Assembly (NCBI GenBank): GCA_032718475.1
Contig: JAUCBJ010001490.1
Span: 97,951 to 161,950 of the forward strand
Length of the DNA: 64,000 bases
DNA from: Nemertoderma westbladi
Lineage: Eukaryota; Animalia; Xenacoelomorpha
Reading direction: 5' to 3'
The notes under the pieces were generated by a model. The model made no database searches. It worked only from the letters and a program-made list of their open reading frames with translations, and was not told where the DNA came from. Position numbers and translations under genes: made by a program. Below, one piece after another: positions 37,142 to 48,999 of this stretch. Position 1 is the first letter of the stretch. Each line of letters opens with the position of its first letter.

Positions 37142-38428
37142 TTCTGCATACTATTAATTTAGATCTATCTTCAATGGCGTACAAAAACGTATTTTTGCGT
37201 TATTAAATTAATTTCCAAATTTAATAATTAGCATATCAATTTAATTAATAAATTCACCTAATTAACTGATAACCAATAATTAGTATCCCAAATAATTAAC
37301 TCAAATAATTGAAAGACCCTTCTATGCACTTTTGAATTGTCTGCGTAACTGTAAGCCTATTTGCCTTAGTAATTTAATTTCCTAATTTAATAATTAGCCT
37401 ATTCATTTATTAAATAATTAATTAGCAATAAATACTCGATGTACTGTACCTGTCTTTCTATAACAATCAACAATTTACTTAGAAGTGACAAACAAAAAGG
37501 CTTTTACATCCTACAAAAGGAAAACCTAAAATTTCACTGGTTCTGATCCGTTTCCCAGTACCTTTACTGCACTCTGTTGCTTAAAAGCAACACGGCTTAT
37601 TTCGCGCCTCAGAATTACAAAAGAACCTGTAAATTTGAAATATTACAGTACATGTAATAGGTGCAGCAGGATATACAAAAAAATACGTAAATATTTTTTT
37701 GGCACCATAAAATTATCGCAGGAATAAAAAAAAGCCCACCTAAAGATATCTATAAACTAAAATTCATAATTTCTTTCCTTATCAGCATTATTGGATGTTA
37801 ACTTAATATAATTTAAACCTCCCACCCAAGTCTCTTCGTTTTTATTGGATAATTTAATTATCCTACTATAAGCTACAAGGGGCAGTAACGGTTGGTTGAT
37901 GGTTTTTCTATGAGATAAGATTAATAATACTAGAACGTACTACTACTAAGAAGAACGAATACAAGAAAAATGGCTTTAAACGAACCTGTCTTAAACAGAC
38001 TCCAAGAAACAGATGGGATTGGAAGATTCAAACCAAGAATGACTTACATCAACCAGAAAACTGCCTCTTATCAAATGTAATAAATAAATAATAATCACAA
38101 TTAATGCGATGTGTGAAATGTTATCCCTATCCGCAACCTGGGAAACGGCCCCAAATAGCAGTTAGCAGCGGAGGGGTCTTTCTGTATTAGATAAATAAAA
38201 TAAAGAACACTAATTATTTATACCTATTACATTCTCAGTTAGTAAGTCTACCCAACAGCCGTTGGTATCCGGCTGGCATCCTGGTTCAATTTTCTGGTTT
38301 TGTTAGTTTAATCGACAGTTGTTGTAAACGACCCAGATATGCAAAACCTACTAAGCCTATACATTATAATTGATCTTAGCCTGAGTTGATGACAGTATTT
38401 TAACGATGACAATAGGCCCTATAGAATT

Positions 38429-41090
38429 TAGGGTGGTCCTTATTTTGAAAGGTTGGAATTTATCATCTCTGACCCCCTCAAATGTTTCCATTTCGTCAAA
38501 AAATATGACATGCGAAATTTTAAGCATGTACATCAAATATTAGAGGTAGCTCAAACACACTGAAGTTGAGTGTCTGGTCACCGATTGATCGCGCGCGAAG
38601 AATATAATAGAGTTTGCTGATATGAAGGCTTCTGTTGGTCGTGCAGAGTTAATTTTAGGCTTATTTGAACCACAATCATCGATTTAGTGGGTGTAGATAC
38701 ATTCAAAACAAGTGCTAAGCTAGTAGTTCTTGAGATATCACACAAACTCTTAAGCCCGGCACAATTCATCAATCGATCATTCAATTGATTACGCCAAGGA
38801 CATATTGAAATATTGGCATTAACATTTTGTAGGTCTACCTCCCTGCATCTTATTTCAGTTAATCTCGATTTTAGCATTGTCTAACCATTCAAAGCTATGT
38901 TTAGTAAAAAAAATTCATCAAAACCCCATGGGAAATGCTTGCACAAGCATCACTAATTTGTGTCTAAGCGCCATTTGGTACGATATCAATAATTGGCCAT
39001 AAAACTTAACTTTTGGTTAATTATAGGAACTGTTTGTTTAATTTGATTTTGACTGATTTCAAGTGCAGAATCCAAAAATCGCATCTGATTTGTATTTTAA
39101 AATGATATGGTGCATGATATACACAACAATACTATACTGTACTTCAAAGCATTTTAAGATAATGATTGATAGATGCAGAGATATGTGCATCCAGCGACCA
39201 AAAGATAACTAATATATGGGAAGAAGCTATGCACATATGTATTATACATAATTAGGCAATGCTGATTCCAAATCTGATTTCAGATTTGCCCTACCACATC
39301 AAGTTTTTTCACAATTGCCCCTTTGAGTTCAAAAACTTATTGCAAACGACTGTGATGAGTGGCGTAGATTCATATGAGAATCAAATATGCTCAAAATCAA
39401 TCCAAAACATTGAATGGAGCATTGTTTATATGAATTATATATTTTTAAACAATGCTGATTCCAAATCTGCTTTCATATTTGCCATACTGCCATAGGATAT
39501 CAAGTTTTTTTTACAATTGCCAATTTAAGTTCAAATTACTTATCGCAAACAATTATTATGAGTGAAAGTAGATTCAATAAGAATAAAATACACCCCCAAA
39601 TCAATATACAATATATCTACAATTCACCATATAGATTGTATTGTTTAATATATAAGTCAAATTAACAAAGCTCTTTTTCATGTTTTATATTGATTTGGAG
39701 CATATTTGATTATTATTGAATCTACTTCACTTATCACAGTTGTTCGCGATAAGTAATTTGAACTCAAATTGGCAATTGTGAAAAAACTTGATATGCTATG
39801 GCAGCATGGCAAATCTGAAAGCAGATTTGGAATCACCATTGTTTAATTATATATAATTTTATATGAACAAAGCTCCATTCAATGTTGTAGATTGATTTTG
39901 TTGAGCATATTTGATTCTTTTTTAATCAACTTCTCTCCTTACAGTTGTTTGCGATAAGTAATTTGAACTTAAATTGGTAATTTTGAAAATAACTTGATAT
40001 GCTATGGCAAATATGAAAGCAGATTTAGAATCAGCATTGTTTTAATTATATATAATTAATATAAACAAAGCTCCTTTCAATGTTTTAGATTGATTTTGAG
40101 CATATTTGATTCTCATTTGAATCTACATCACTCATCATAGTCGTTTGCGATAAGTTTTTTGAATATAAATTGGCAATTGTGAGAAAACTTGATGGGGTTG
40201 GGCAAATCTGAAATCAGATTTGGAATTAGCATTGTCTAATTATGTATATGTATAATGCATATGTTCAAAGCTTCTTTCCATATAGTACTCTTATGGTCGC
40301 TGGATGCACATATCTCTGTCTCTATCAATCCTTTTATATGCTTTGAAGTTCAGTGTGGTATTGTTGTAAATCATGCACTATATCATTTTAGAATTCAAAT
40401 CAGATGAGATTTTTGGATTCTGCATCTTAAAATCAGTCAAAATCAAATTAAACGACCAGTTCCTAGATATAATTAACCAAAAGTTAAGTTTTGTGGCCAA
40501 TTATTGATATCGTACCAAATGGCGCTTAGACACAAATTAGTGATGCTTGTGCAAGCATTTCCCATGGGGTTGTGATGAATTTTTTTTTACTAAACATAGC
40601 TTTGAATGGTTAGACAATGCTAAAATCGAGATTAACTGAAATAAGATGCAGGGAGGTAGACCTACAAACTGTTAATGCCAATATTTCAATATGTCCTAGG
40701 CCCAATCAATTGAATGATCGATTGCAGGATTGATGAGTTCGAGTTGTGCTGGGCTTAAGCTTTTGTGTGATATCTCAAGAACTACTAGCTTAGCACTTGT
40801 TTTGAAGGTATCTACACCCACTAAATCGATGATTGCGGTTCAAATAAGCCTAAAATTAACTCTGTACAACAAATAGAAGCCTTCATATCAGCAAACTCCA
40901 CTATATTCTGCGCGCGCGATCAAATGGTGTCCAAACGCTCAACTTCAGGGTGTTTGAGCTACCTCTAAATATATATCATTTGTGCTCAAATTTTACTCAA
41001 GGTGTTTTTTTATCAGAAGAAAGGACTTGGGGGGGTCAGAGGAGAATTTCCACAACTTTTAAATTTTACATTGAAATAAGGACCACCCTA
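38429..41090. mobile_element. 2.66 kb foldback element, almost entirely palindromic
   Basis: TAGGGTGGTCCTTATTT ... AAATAAGGACCACCCTA ends; arms match for >1 kb; ~185-190 bp internal subrepeats (AATGCTGATTCCAAATCTG); non-coding. Confidence 0.9.
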
Positions 41091-43732
41091 CTATAGATAC
41101 ATACGATATATAAATGATGTACTGCTTTGACATTCGACTAACTGACTGAATGGAGATAGAACAATAATTAACGATATAATTAATGTACGTAACTCCAATT
41201 GACAATAAGTAGTGAAATGTTGTTCAGCTGTCAAAGTATACAGTAGTTGTGGGTATTTAATTTCGCGTTCTATAATCTTGATAATATGCCAATATTTCGA
41301 ATATGACACATCGAATCATTCCCAACTTTTTTATTCAACAACTAGATACTAATTAATACTGTAAATAGTCGTGTTTACAATTTGCCAATATAAGCAAGTG
41401 GTGTTTGAAGCCATTAGGTGGTTATACATACATACAAACAAACATACTCCCATCATGTTTTTGCCGGCCTCAGCTTTCGACAAAAACTACCCAGGCTAAA
41501 GACAGGTTCGTTATAACTGTTGCTTAAAAGCAACAAGTGCAACAAAGGTTAGATAAATTTGTACTTTTTTGTTGCTCAATTCTTTAATAAAATATAGAGC
41601 GATATATAGTGTTACAAAATAAATTGAACTGTATTATTTTACTACTGTATATTGCTTCCATAGTTACAGCGATTCCAATTAGTTTACTCTTCAACTCGTG
41701 ATGCTGCCTTACTCAATGTTGAATAATTTAGTGTTCTAGAATATTTATTACGTAACTAGAGAGCCGCTTAACTAAATAAACCAATCGAGTTCCGTTTTGG
41801 AGTTCGCCTTGCAGACACTAAAGTTCCAATAACTTTTGAGTGTCTGAATGGATTTTGCTCAAATTACTTGCAAACTACAAGCTATAAGCATGTCAATATT
41901 TTTTGGTAGTATCAATCTTCCGATGTTTACACACGTTCGTGAACGTTCTTGTAATAGCCTGTTAAATAGGGTGTCAAAGAGTGTAAATTCCTTCGTATAT
42001 ACTGTGTACTGTACGTACAGAAGCAGGCCGACGTAACTCTACATCCATAAATTTTCTTCTGCCCAACAGGTGATATACTGTAGATGTCCCTTATAATAAT
42101 GTACTTTTCCTTTTTCACTATCCTTTAACGGTACTCTTACTCTTTTAGAATAAATAACCAATCTGCTGTGCTTAATTAATATATATGTTACTATGTAATG
42201 GATTAAAAGAATAGAAAAAATTTTGTACTTCGATGCTCTTTCAACACATGTAATAAAATTTTAGAAAATCCACCAAAAATATTTTATTTTGCTATTTTTG
42301 CCGGGAGAAACGTAAAATCAATACAATCCTATGGGTTAGTTGAGTTATGAGTTTTTTCCCCGATTTTAGCATGCAACCATATTAAGATTTTAGAAAAATT
42401 ATATTCTATTTTCAAATTATTAACCATTTTCATTATTATATTTAAGTTTTATTTTCACAAAATTCTATGAAATGTTTTACTCAAACATCAAATTTCACAA
42501 ATTCAAATTTCAACAATTCCACATCAAAATCAACAAATTTCACACTTATATTTTCATAATTGAAAAAAATAACATTGTCATTTTATATACACCATGACCC
42601 CTAATATAGTGTGAGTGTGATTTTCGGATGACAAAAATTTGAATTGATTTGAATTTTGAAACAACTAGTTCAACTCACCGTCGAGGTTAAGATAAGACGG
42701 AACCATAATTTTATATGTCCCATTTAACTTCTTTATAAGAGATTAAGAAAATCTCTGGTGAAATTTCACCTTTCGTATTGCGGCCATTCTTCACATTATT
42801 AGTTATTGTAATTTGTATGTAGAGTATCATTAGAAAGCGTTGCTATGGTGGGGGCAGCTGGGGAATTGTGTAAGACACAAATCATGAACAATTTAATTGT
42901 TACATAGTAAATAAACATTTCATATAATTAACGGGCGCAAATGAGAGGGGCGCAAAAAACAAGTTTATAACCAAATAAAAATTAGAATTACCAGTAAACA
43001 CACGTACTTCTTCTAGCTGTTAAACTTACTCATTAACTAGGAGAAACCTATTAACTTAAGAGAAAGAACGGCCAAGAATTAGGCATACTAAAATAAAAAT
43101 AAAAGTGCACATCAAAAAATTCCAAAAAAATCCAATAATATGGGTCTAATATTATTGGAAGGAACAAAAAAAATAAGCTCATAAATTTTCATGAAATATT
43201 CAAAGGCTAATTTACCATCACAACATGATCATTAAAAAGTAATAAAAAAATAGATTGTAGGCCTACTCCAATATAATGTAGAATAACAAATTAACCCCAT
43301 AAACCAACATTATCCAGTAATGGCGGTGCGAAACCTAATTACATGGAACATGTGATCGATTTGTAAACCCAACCAGAACGAATTCAAAGGGTACAATCGA
43401 AAACGTGTTGGATTACATCTATGCAGTTACATGAATGAGACCAATTCATTTTATTTTACGTTTCATTTCATTCTGGTGTGTAAGCAGGAGTAGGTGTATA
43501 AATTATTTGTTATTGATAGGACGGGATCTATGTGAAGGCCAGATGGTAGTCTTTTTTCTTTAGCTTAAAGTTGCGGACGCAGAAATAATTCACCTTTTGT
43601 TACCTAGATTTATGTTTACTGAAAAATAAATCTCAATTCGTGAAGGAAAAAACGGGATGATATAAATCTATATAGCCGCTTCGATGAGATCCTAAGACCT
43701 GAGTGGTTCAAACGTTTAGTGATATATATTAT

Positions 43733-44223
43733 ATCATGTGTGAAGTACGGGTAGTCTCTAATGTCACGATAAAAATATAAATCGCTAAATTGTATTTTCC
43801 CGTGAATGATTTTTTCGCTATGAGCGTGTCTTAAAAAAGTTTCACACCCTTCATTTTTTATCGTACAGGTCTCATTCAGGGCTCATTTTCAGGAGAACAA
43901 ATGTTAGTATAAGTCAAAGCCAATGCTATATGCAAAGAAGAGCTATCCATCATTTAAATGATAAGCATTCGCAAATTTTGGAGTTATTATATTTCATTGC
44001 AGTCAATTAGTGAGTTATCTTGAACGTCCCTCTGTAAAATAACATGATGTTCTCCTGAAAGCTCCCTTTAAAATTAGCCCTGAATGAGCACTGTTCGATA
44101 AAAAATGGAGGGTGTGAAACTTTTTTAAGACACATCGCGAAAAAATAATTCTCGGGAAAATGCGATTTTATCGATTTGTATTTATATCGTAACATTACAG
44201 ACTACCCGTACTTCACACATGAT
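43733..44223. mobile_element. Palindromic MITE
   Basis: ATCATGTGTGAAGTACGGGTAGTCT ... AGACTACCCGTACTTCACACATGAT; arms ~170 bp. Confidence 0.85.
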
Positions 44224-45091
44224 TTCTCGTGAACGAAACAAGATATTATGGAAAAACTATCTTTAGTTTTGGAATCACCATTACATTCTGATTCAGGTGG
44301 GATAGACCTTTTATTGCCAGAATTATCCAAAAAACTGTTCACCAAATTAACCCAAAACTAGTTTAAGCTTAATTCCAAAAGTGTTATATTTTAAAGACGA
44401 CGTAATAACCACTGCATGTATTGCTATGCAAAAAACAAACTAACAAACAAACATACACCCTGTCAGCACCTTTAATGTAGCTGTAATCATTTATTTTCAC
44501 TATGAGGAGACCCTCACTCCACCTAGCCTTTGTAAATATGATAGTAAGTATTCTGATACTGTTTATTCATGCTGTAAGGACTTCAATTCATTAACTGGCA
44601 ACTGCGATATGTCAAAGTGTATTTTTTCAGGAAATGAGGGATCTCCAGATATTTTCGTTTTTGAAGTATTACATTTATGATACCTTTTGACGAAAAGGCT
44701 ATATGATTCCCTAATACTATCTAATATTCGAAAACAATTTGAACAAAAACGGTGGTGTAGAATGGAGTCTAGATAGTGAACAAATTGTTATATTACAGCG
44801 ATGGGGGGGGGGGGGGGGGGGGGGGTCTAGTATTCCCTTACCAGGGGAAATTTGACGCAAGTAACAGATAAATTGTTCTATTGAATTAAATTTATCGTTC
44901 TGATTAGAAAAACGTGTCTCTGTAACTTGCTCCTTTCCCTAAATTTATAATTGGACATTTAGACGAAATATTAATTTATTCACCGAGATGGGATTTGCAT
45001 CCACAGCCCCCCCCCCCCCCCCCCCCTCCCATGTCTTACATATTAAGGGTGACAGAGTAGACTATAAGATCTTTAGAAATACACAAATTAA

Positions 45092-47800
45092 TTACGAGTT
45101 TGTAGAAATAGTAGAATTGCCGATTCCTGTCAGCGCTACTTCTACTTCGTTTATATTATATCTCGGTTCCCCATCGTCCGCGAATATCTGCAGCATATCG
45201 TCTATGACTTCACCGTCGCCGTCTGCAAGATTAACTGCCTGAGGTGGTGCCTCTGTCTCCACGACAATGACCTGCCGTTTATTAGGATAACTCGGCGGAA
45301 TATCCCGGGATCGGCTGCGTTTGGCCCCATTAGGATGAGAATAATGGCTGATATCCATAGCATGTTCATCAGGGGAATGTCTCCTATTCTCAGGAGAACG
45401 CCGAGTTCTTTTGGGGGAGTGTCTACTTCTTTCGGGGGAACGTCTAGTTTTCTCTGGGGAAAGCCTAGTTCTTTCGGTGGAACGCCTAGTTCTTTCTCGG
45501 GAGTGCCTAGGTCTTTCGGGGGAACGCCTAGTTCTTTGCGGAGAACGCCTAGTTCTCTGAGGAGAACGCCTAGTTCTTTCAGAGGAACGTCTACTTCTTT
45601 CAGGAGAACGCCTAGTTCTTTCAGAGGAACGTCTACTTCTTTCAGGAGAACGCCTAGTTCTTTCAGAGGAACGTCTACTTCTTTCAGGAGAACGCCTAGT
45701 TCTTTCAGAGGAACGTCTACTTCTTTCAGGAGAACGCCTAGTTCTTTCAGAGGAACGTCTACTTCTTTCAGGAGAACGCCTAGTTCTTTCAGGAGAACGC
45801 TTAGTTCTTTGAGGAGAACGCCTAGATCTCTCTGGGGAACGCTTATTTCTTTCAGGAGAACGCCTAGTTCTTTTAGGAGAACGCCTAGTTCTCTCTGGGG
45901 AACGCCTAGTTCTTTCAGGAGAATGCCTAGTTCTCTCTGGGGAACGCCTAGTTCTCTCTGGGGAACGCCTCGTTCTTTCAGGAGAATGCCTAGTTCTCTC
46001 TGGGGAACGCTTAGTTATCTCTGGGGAACGCCTAGTTCTCTCTGGGGAACGCCTAGTTCTCTCTGGAGAACGCCTCGTTCTTTCAGGAGAATGCCTAGTT
46101 CTCACTGGGGAATGCCTAGTTCTTTCAGGGGAATGCCTAGTTCTTTCGGGTGAATGCCTAGTTCTTTCAGGGGAATGTCTTGATCTTGTTCTATCAGACG
46201 ATCGTTTATTTCTGTCAGTGGAACGTTTATGTCTCCTGGAAGAACGTACCGGTATGTTTGTTTCAGCAGGACCAACACGTTGGTTTCCCTGAGTTTGTCC
46301 GCCATCCCTATTTGCCCTCGTAGATTCACTATCAGGTTCGTTTGCTGCAACTGGGCCTCCCACGGAATTCGTAGCCATCGTAGACCCCTTGGACATCATA
46401 TGAGCGACCAACTCATTGCCAACGCGTTTCCTAGACATCAACTCAACCCCATCGTCGTTCCAACCAGCCGCCTCCTCAACATTCTCCTCAACATCCCCAA
46501 TAAAATCATCGATATCCTTCGGTCTACCAATAACGTCGTCCGGACCGAGGGGTCTCTGTTTGTTCAACTCGCATCTCCAATGCGGCGGGGTTTCACTCCC
46601 CGATCTCGTCGGTAGGTACCGTAAAGGACCACGACCCCGCACTATCACTTTCTTTGGATCATCTCCCCTTCCCTCAACGGTTCGCTTATCAACCTCTTTA
46701 TCCCTCTGTTCCACGCGTTCCTCTCTACGCATTCTTCCCTCATTTTCATATCGATTCCTGCGGGAAGATTCACCTCGTCGATACGTCGGTTTATCTTCCC
46801 GGAAACGCCTCCCAGAACCTGAATCATCCCTCTTTGAGTAACGTCCATTACTTTCGCGTTGTTTATAATATTTATTTTGTTTATCATGATGTTGTTGTTT
46901 ATCATCTCTACGAGGTGACTTATTATTAGACGTTTTATATCTCTCATCCCGAATATCTACCTTAGAATCGTCGACTACTTTCTCTTGACGACCAATTCTC
47001 ATTAGGAATTTTGGTTCGGGAATTTCAGGTATTTCATTTGCTTCTATCGTTGGTAGAGTTAAAGTCATTGGGTTTGGGTCATCGGGAATGGCAACAACTT
47101 CTTTATTAACCTGCTTCTTTTTCTTTTTGGTTCTTTTTTTCTCGCGTTTATTTTCTTCCGGGGTCGGTGTGCGAAGTGGTCGCGACTGAACCGTGCATGT
47201 CGCATCACCTACAATCATACGATCTTTTGCTTTACTCTTTGGGATTAGTTCGCCACAATTCGATATAACAACGTTGATCAACGGCTTAGCCGTGTTGTCA
47301 ACTTCTTGGTTCTCAATGGATGTAACGACATCTTCCCCGCTAATAACCTCCCCAAACACCACATGTACCCCATCCAAGTGAGGTGCTGGTTTAGTCAGAA
47401 TAAAGAACTGCGAGCCATTAGTGTCCGGACCTCTATTGGCCATGCACAACAGCATCCCACGATTATGTTTCAATTGAAACGATTCGTCTTCGAAAGTTCC
47501 ACCATAAATTGATTCCCCGCCAGTCCCGTTGCCCGCAGTAAAGTCTCCGCCTTGTATCATAAATCCCTTCACGATTCTGTGAAACGGAGAGTCCTTGTAA
47601 TGTAGAGGGAGATTAGTCGATCCACCTAGGCCTTTCTCACCCGTGCACAGAGCGCGGAAATTCTCACAGGTTCTGGGTGCCACGTCCGTAAACAATTCGA
47701 ATACAATCCGACCAGCGGGTTCATTCTCAATCGAAACATCGAAGAATGTTCGCTTCCTTAATTTCTTTAAGTGTTTATTCTGTTTCTTAACCTTTGGCAT
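45092..47800 (-). CDS. PPIG: SR-type cyclophilin (PPIG/NKTR family), single exon, 902 aa, nested antisense in a PDE1 intron
   Basis: [54 protein letters not shown] (His at the Trp121 position), family motif RGRG..RY...S.SETPPHWR, Arg/Ser-rich tail. Confidence 0.9.
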   Translation of the reverse strand: MPKVKKQNKHLKKLRKRTFFDVSIENEPAGRIVFELFTDVAPRTCENFRALCTGEKGLGGSTNLPLHYKDSPFHRIVKGFMIQGGDFTAGNGTGGESIYGGTFEDESFQLKHNRGMLLCMANRGPDTNGSQFFILTKPAPHLDGVHVVFGEVISGEDVVTSIENQEVDNTAKPLINVVISNCGELIPKSKAKDRMIVGDATCTVQSRPLRTPTPEENKREKKRTKKKKKQVNKEVVAIPDDPNPMTLTLPTIEANEIPEIPEPKFLMRIGRQEKVVDDSKVDIRDERYKTSNNKSPRRDDKQQHHDKQNKYYKQRESNGRYSKRDDSGSGRRFREDKPTYRRGESSRRNRYENEGRMRREERVEQRDKEVDKRTVEGRGDDPKKVIVRGRGPLRYLPTRSGSETPPHWRCELNKQRPLGPDDVIGRPKDIDDFIGDVEENVEEAAGWNDDGVELMSRKRVGNELVAHMMSKGSTMATNSVGGPVAANEPDSESTRANRDGGQTQGNQRVGPAETNIPVRSSRRHKRSTDRNKRSSDRTRSRHSPERTRHSPERTRHSPERTRHSPVRTRHSPERTRRSPERTRRSPERTRRSPEITKRSPERTRHSPERTRRSPERTRRSPERTRHSPERTRRSPERTRRSPKRTRRSPERNKRSPERSRRSPQRTKRSPERTRRSPERSRRSSERTRRSPERSRRSSERTRRSPERSRRSSERTRRSPERSRRSSERTRRSPERSRRSSERTRRSPQRTRRSPQRTRRSPERPRHSRERTRRSTERTRLSPEKTRRSPERSRHSPKRTRRSPENRRHSPDEHAMDISHYSHPNGAKRSRSRDIPPSYPNKRQVIVVETEAPPQAVNLADGDGEVIDDMLQIFADDGEPRYNINEVEVALTGIGNSTISTNS
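45370..46180 (-). repeat. Coding 21 bp repeat giving SPERTRR-type heptads
   Basis: Roughly 35-40 heptads in the PPIG ORF. Confidence 0.9.
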
Positions 47801-47975
47801 TATGTATGATAATTAATTTTACTGATTCAGCAATATACAGATATCTGGTCAATCTGGATATACAGACAGATATGCAGATACAGTGAGTGATATGCCCGTA
47901 AAACTGTAATACAGTAATAGACTGATAGACAGCAGAGCAGACAGATAGATAGGCCTATATCAGTATATAGCAGTC

Positions 47976-48413
47976 AGGAACACTGGTCACAATTTGTCCA
48001 ATTTACAGCCAGAATGTGTCCGCGGAAAATGCTCTCAGAGTGAAATTTCTCCATAGAAAACAATGCTAAATTTCATTTGAAAACCAGCAGTGAAATTTTA
48101 ACATTGGCATTCTAAAAATTATGCCATTAGAACCGCCATAAAATTCTGTATAAATTAATTTGAGAAATACAGAAATAGAATCTCATCGTTGGGATAACTA
48201 TCATTAATACCGGTATTAAAAGTAAAAATTGTCACCTTATGCAGTCATGTGCCCAGCTTGTGCTTTGAGGGCTGGTGAAGTTACAGCCAAAATATGTCCG
48301 AAAATATAATCACAGCCTGTGAAGGACAAATAGTGGCTGCACGGACACTTTCTGGCTGTAAATATGTGGATAATTTTTGGCTGAGCTTCAGCCAGAAAGT
48401 GATCAGTGTTCCT
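47976..48413. mobile_element. MITE just upstream of the PPIG start
   Basis: TIRs AGGAACACTGGTCAC / GTGATCAGTGTTCCT; subterminal TTTACAGCCAGAA / TTCTGGCTGTAAA. Confidence 0.75.
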
Positions 48414-48999
48414 AACTGTATAGTGCTACTGCAGTACTGTGTTATAGAGAGAGATATACAGATATACCTGATATAATACAGTAATATAGGCCTACCAGTG
48501 GCTGGGCAGTATACAGTCAGACAGTCTGACAGTAGGCCTACAGGACAGCAGTAGGGCAGGTTTGTCTACTGCAGTCAGCAGTCAGTAGATTAGATTAGAT
48601 ATTTATTGACATTGTATATGTAATAACATATAGGCCTAAAGACGCACCGCAAGAACACAAAATATATGAAGGTACCATTCATTACATTGTCTGGTTAATA
48701 TATACAGATATACGGTACACTGTCCACCGCATTGATCTATCTTAAATTAACATACATACAACAGTACAATACATTGTAGTATTAGAATAGTACAGCCAAA
48801 TTAGAATAAATAACTTTGACATATAGATATAAATATAGGCCTATACAATTTCAAATGGATATCAAGATTTTAAATAGATCAGTAGATTGTCAACATGTAC
48901 TACACTATACAGCTACTGCAGCTATATAGGCCTACTGATATACGCGATATTTACAGATAGGTATGAAATATATACAAACAGAGCGTTACCGGTACCCGG

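Noticed and set aside
45335-47512. Plus-strand ORFs over PPIG (and similar ORFs opposite NOC4L and AREL1)
   Set aside because: Antisense shadows of real coding sequence and of the 21 bp repeat.
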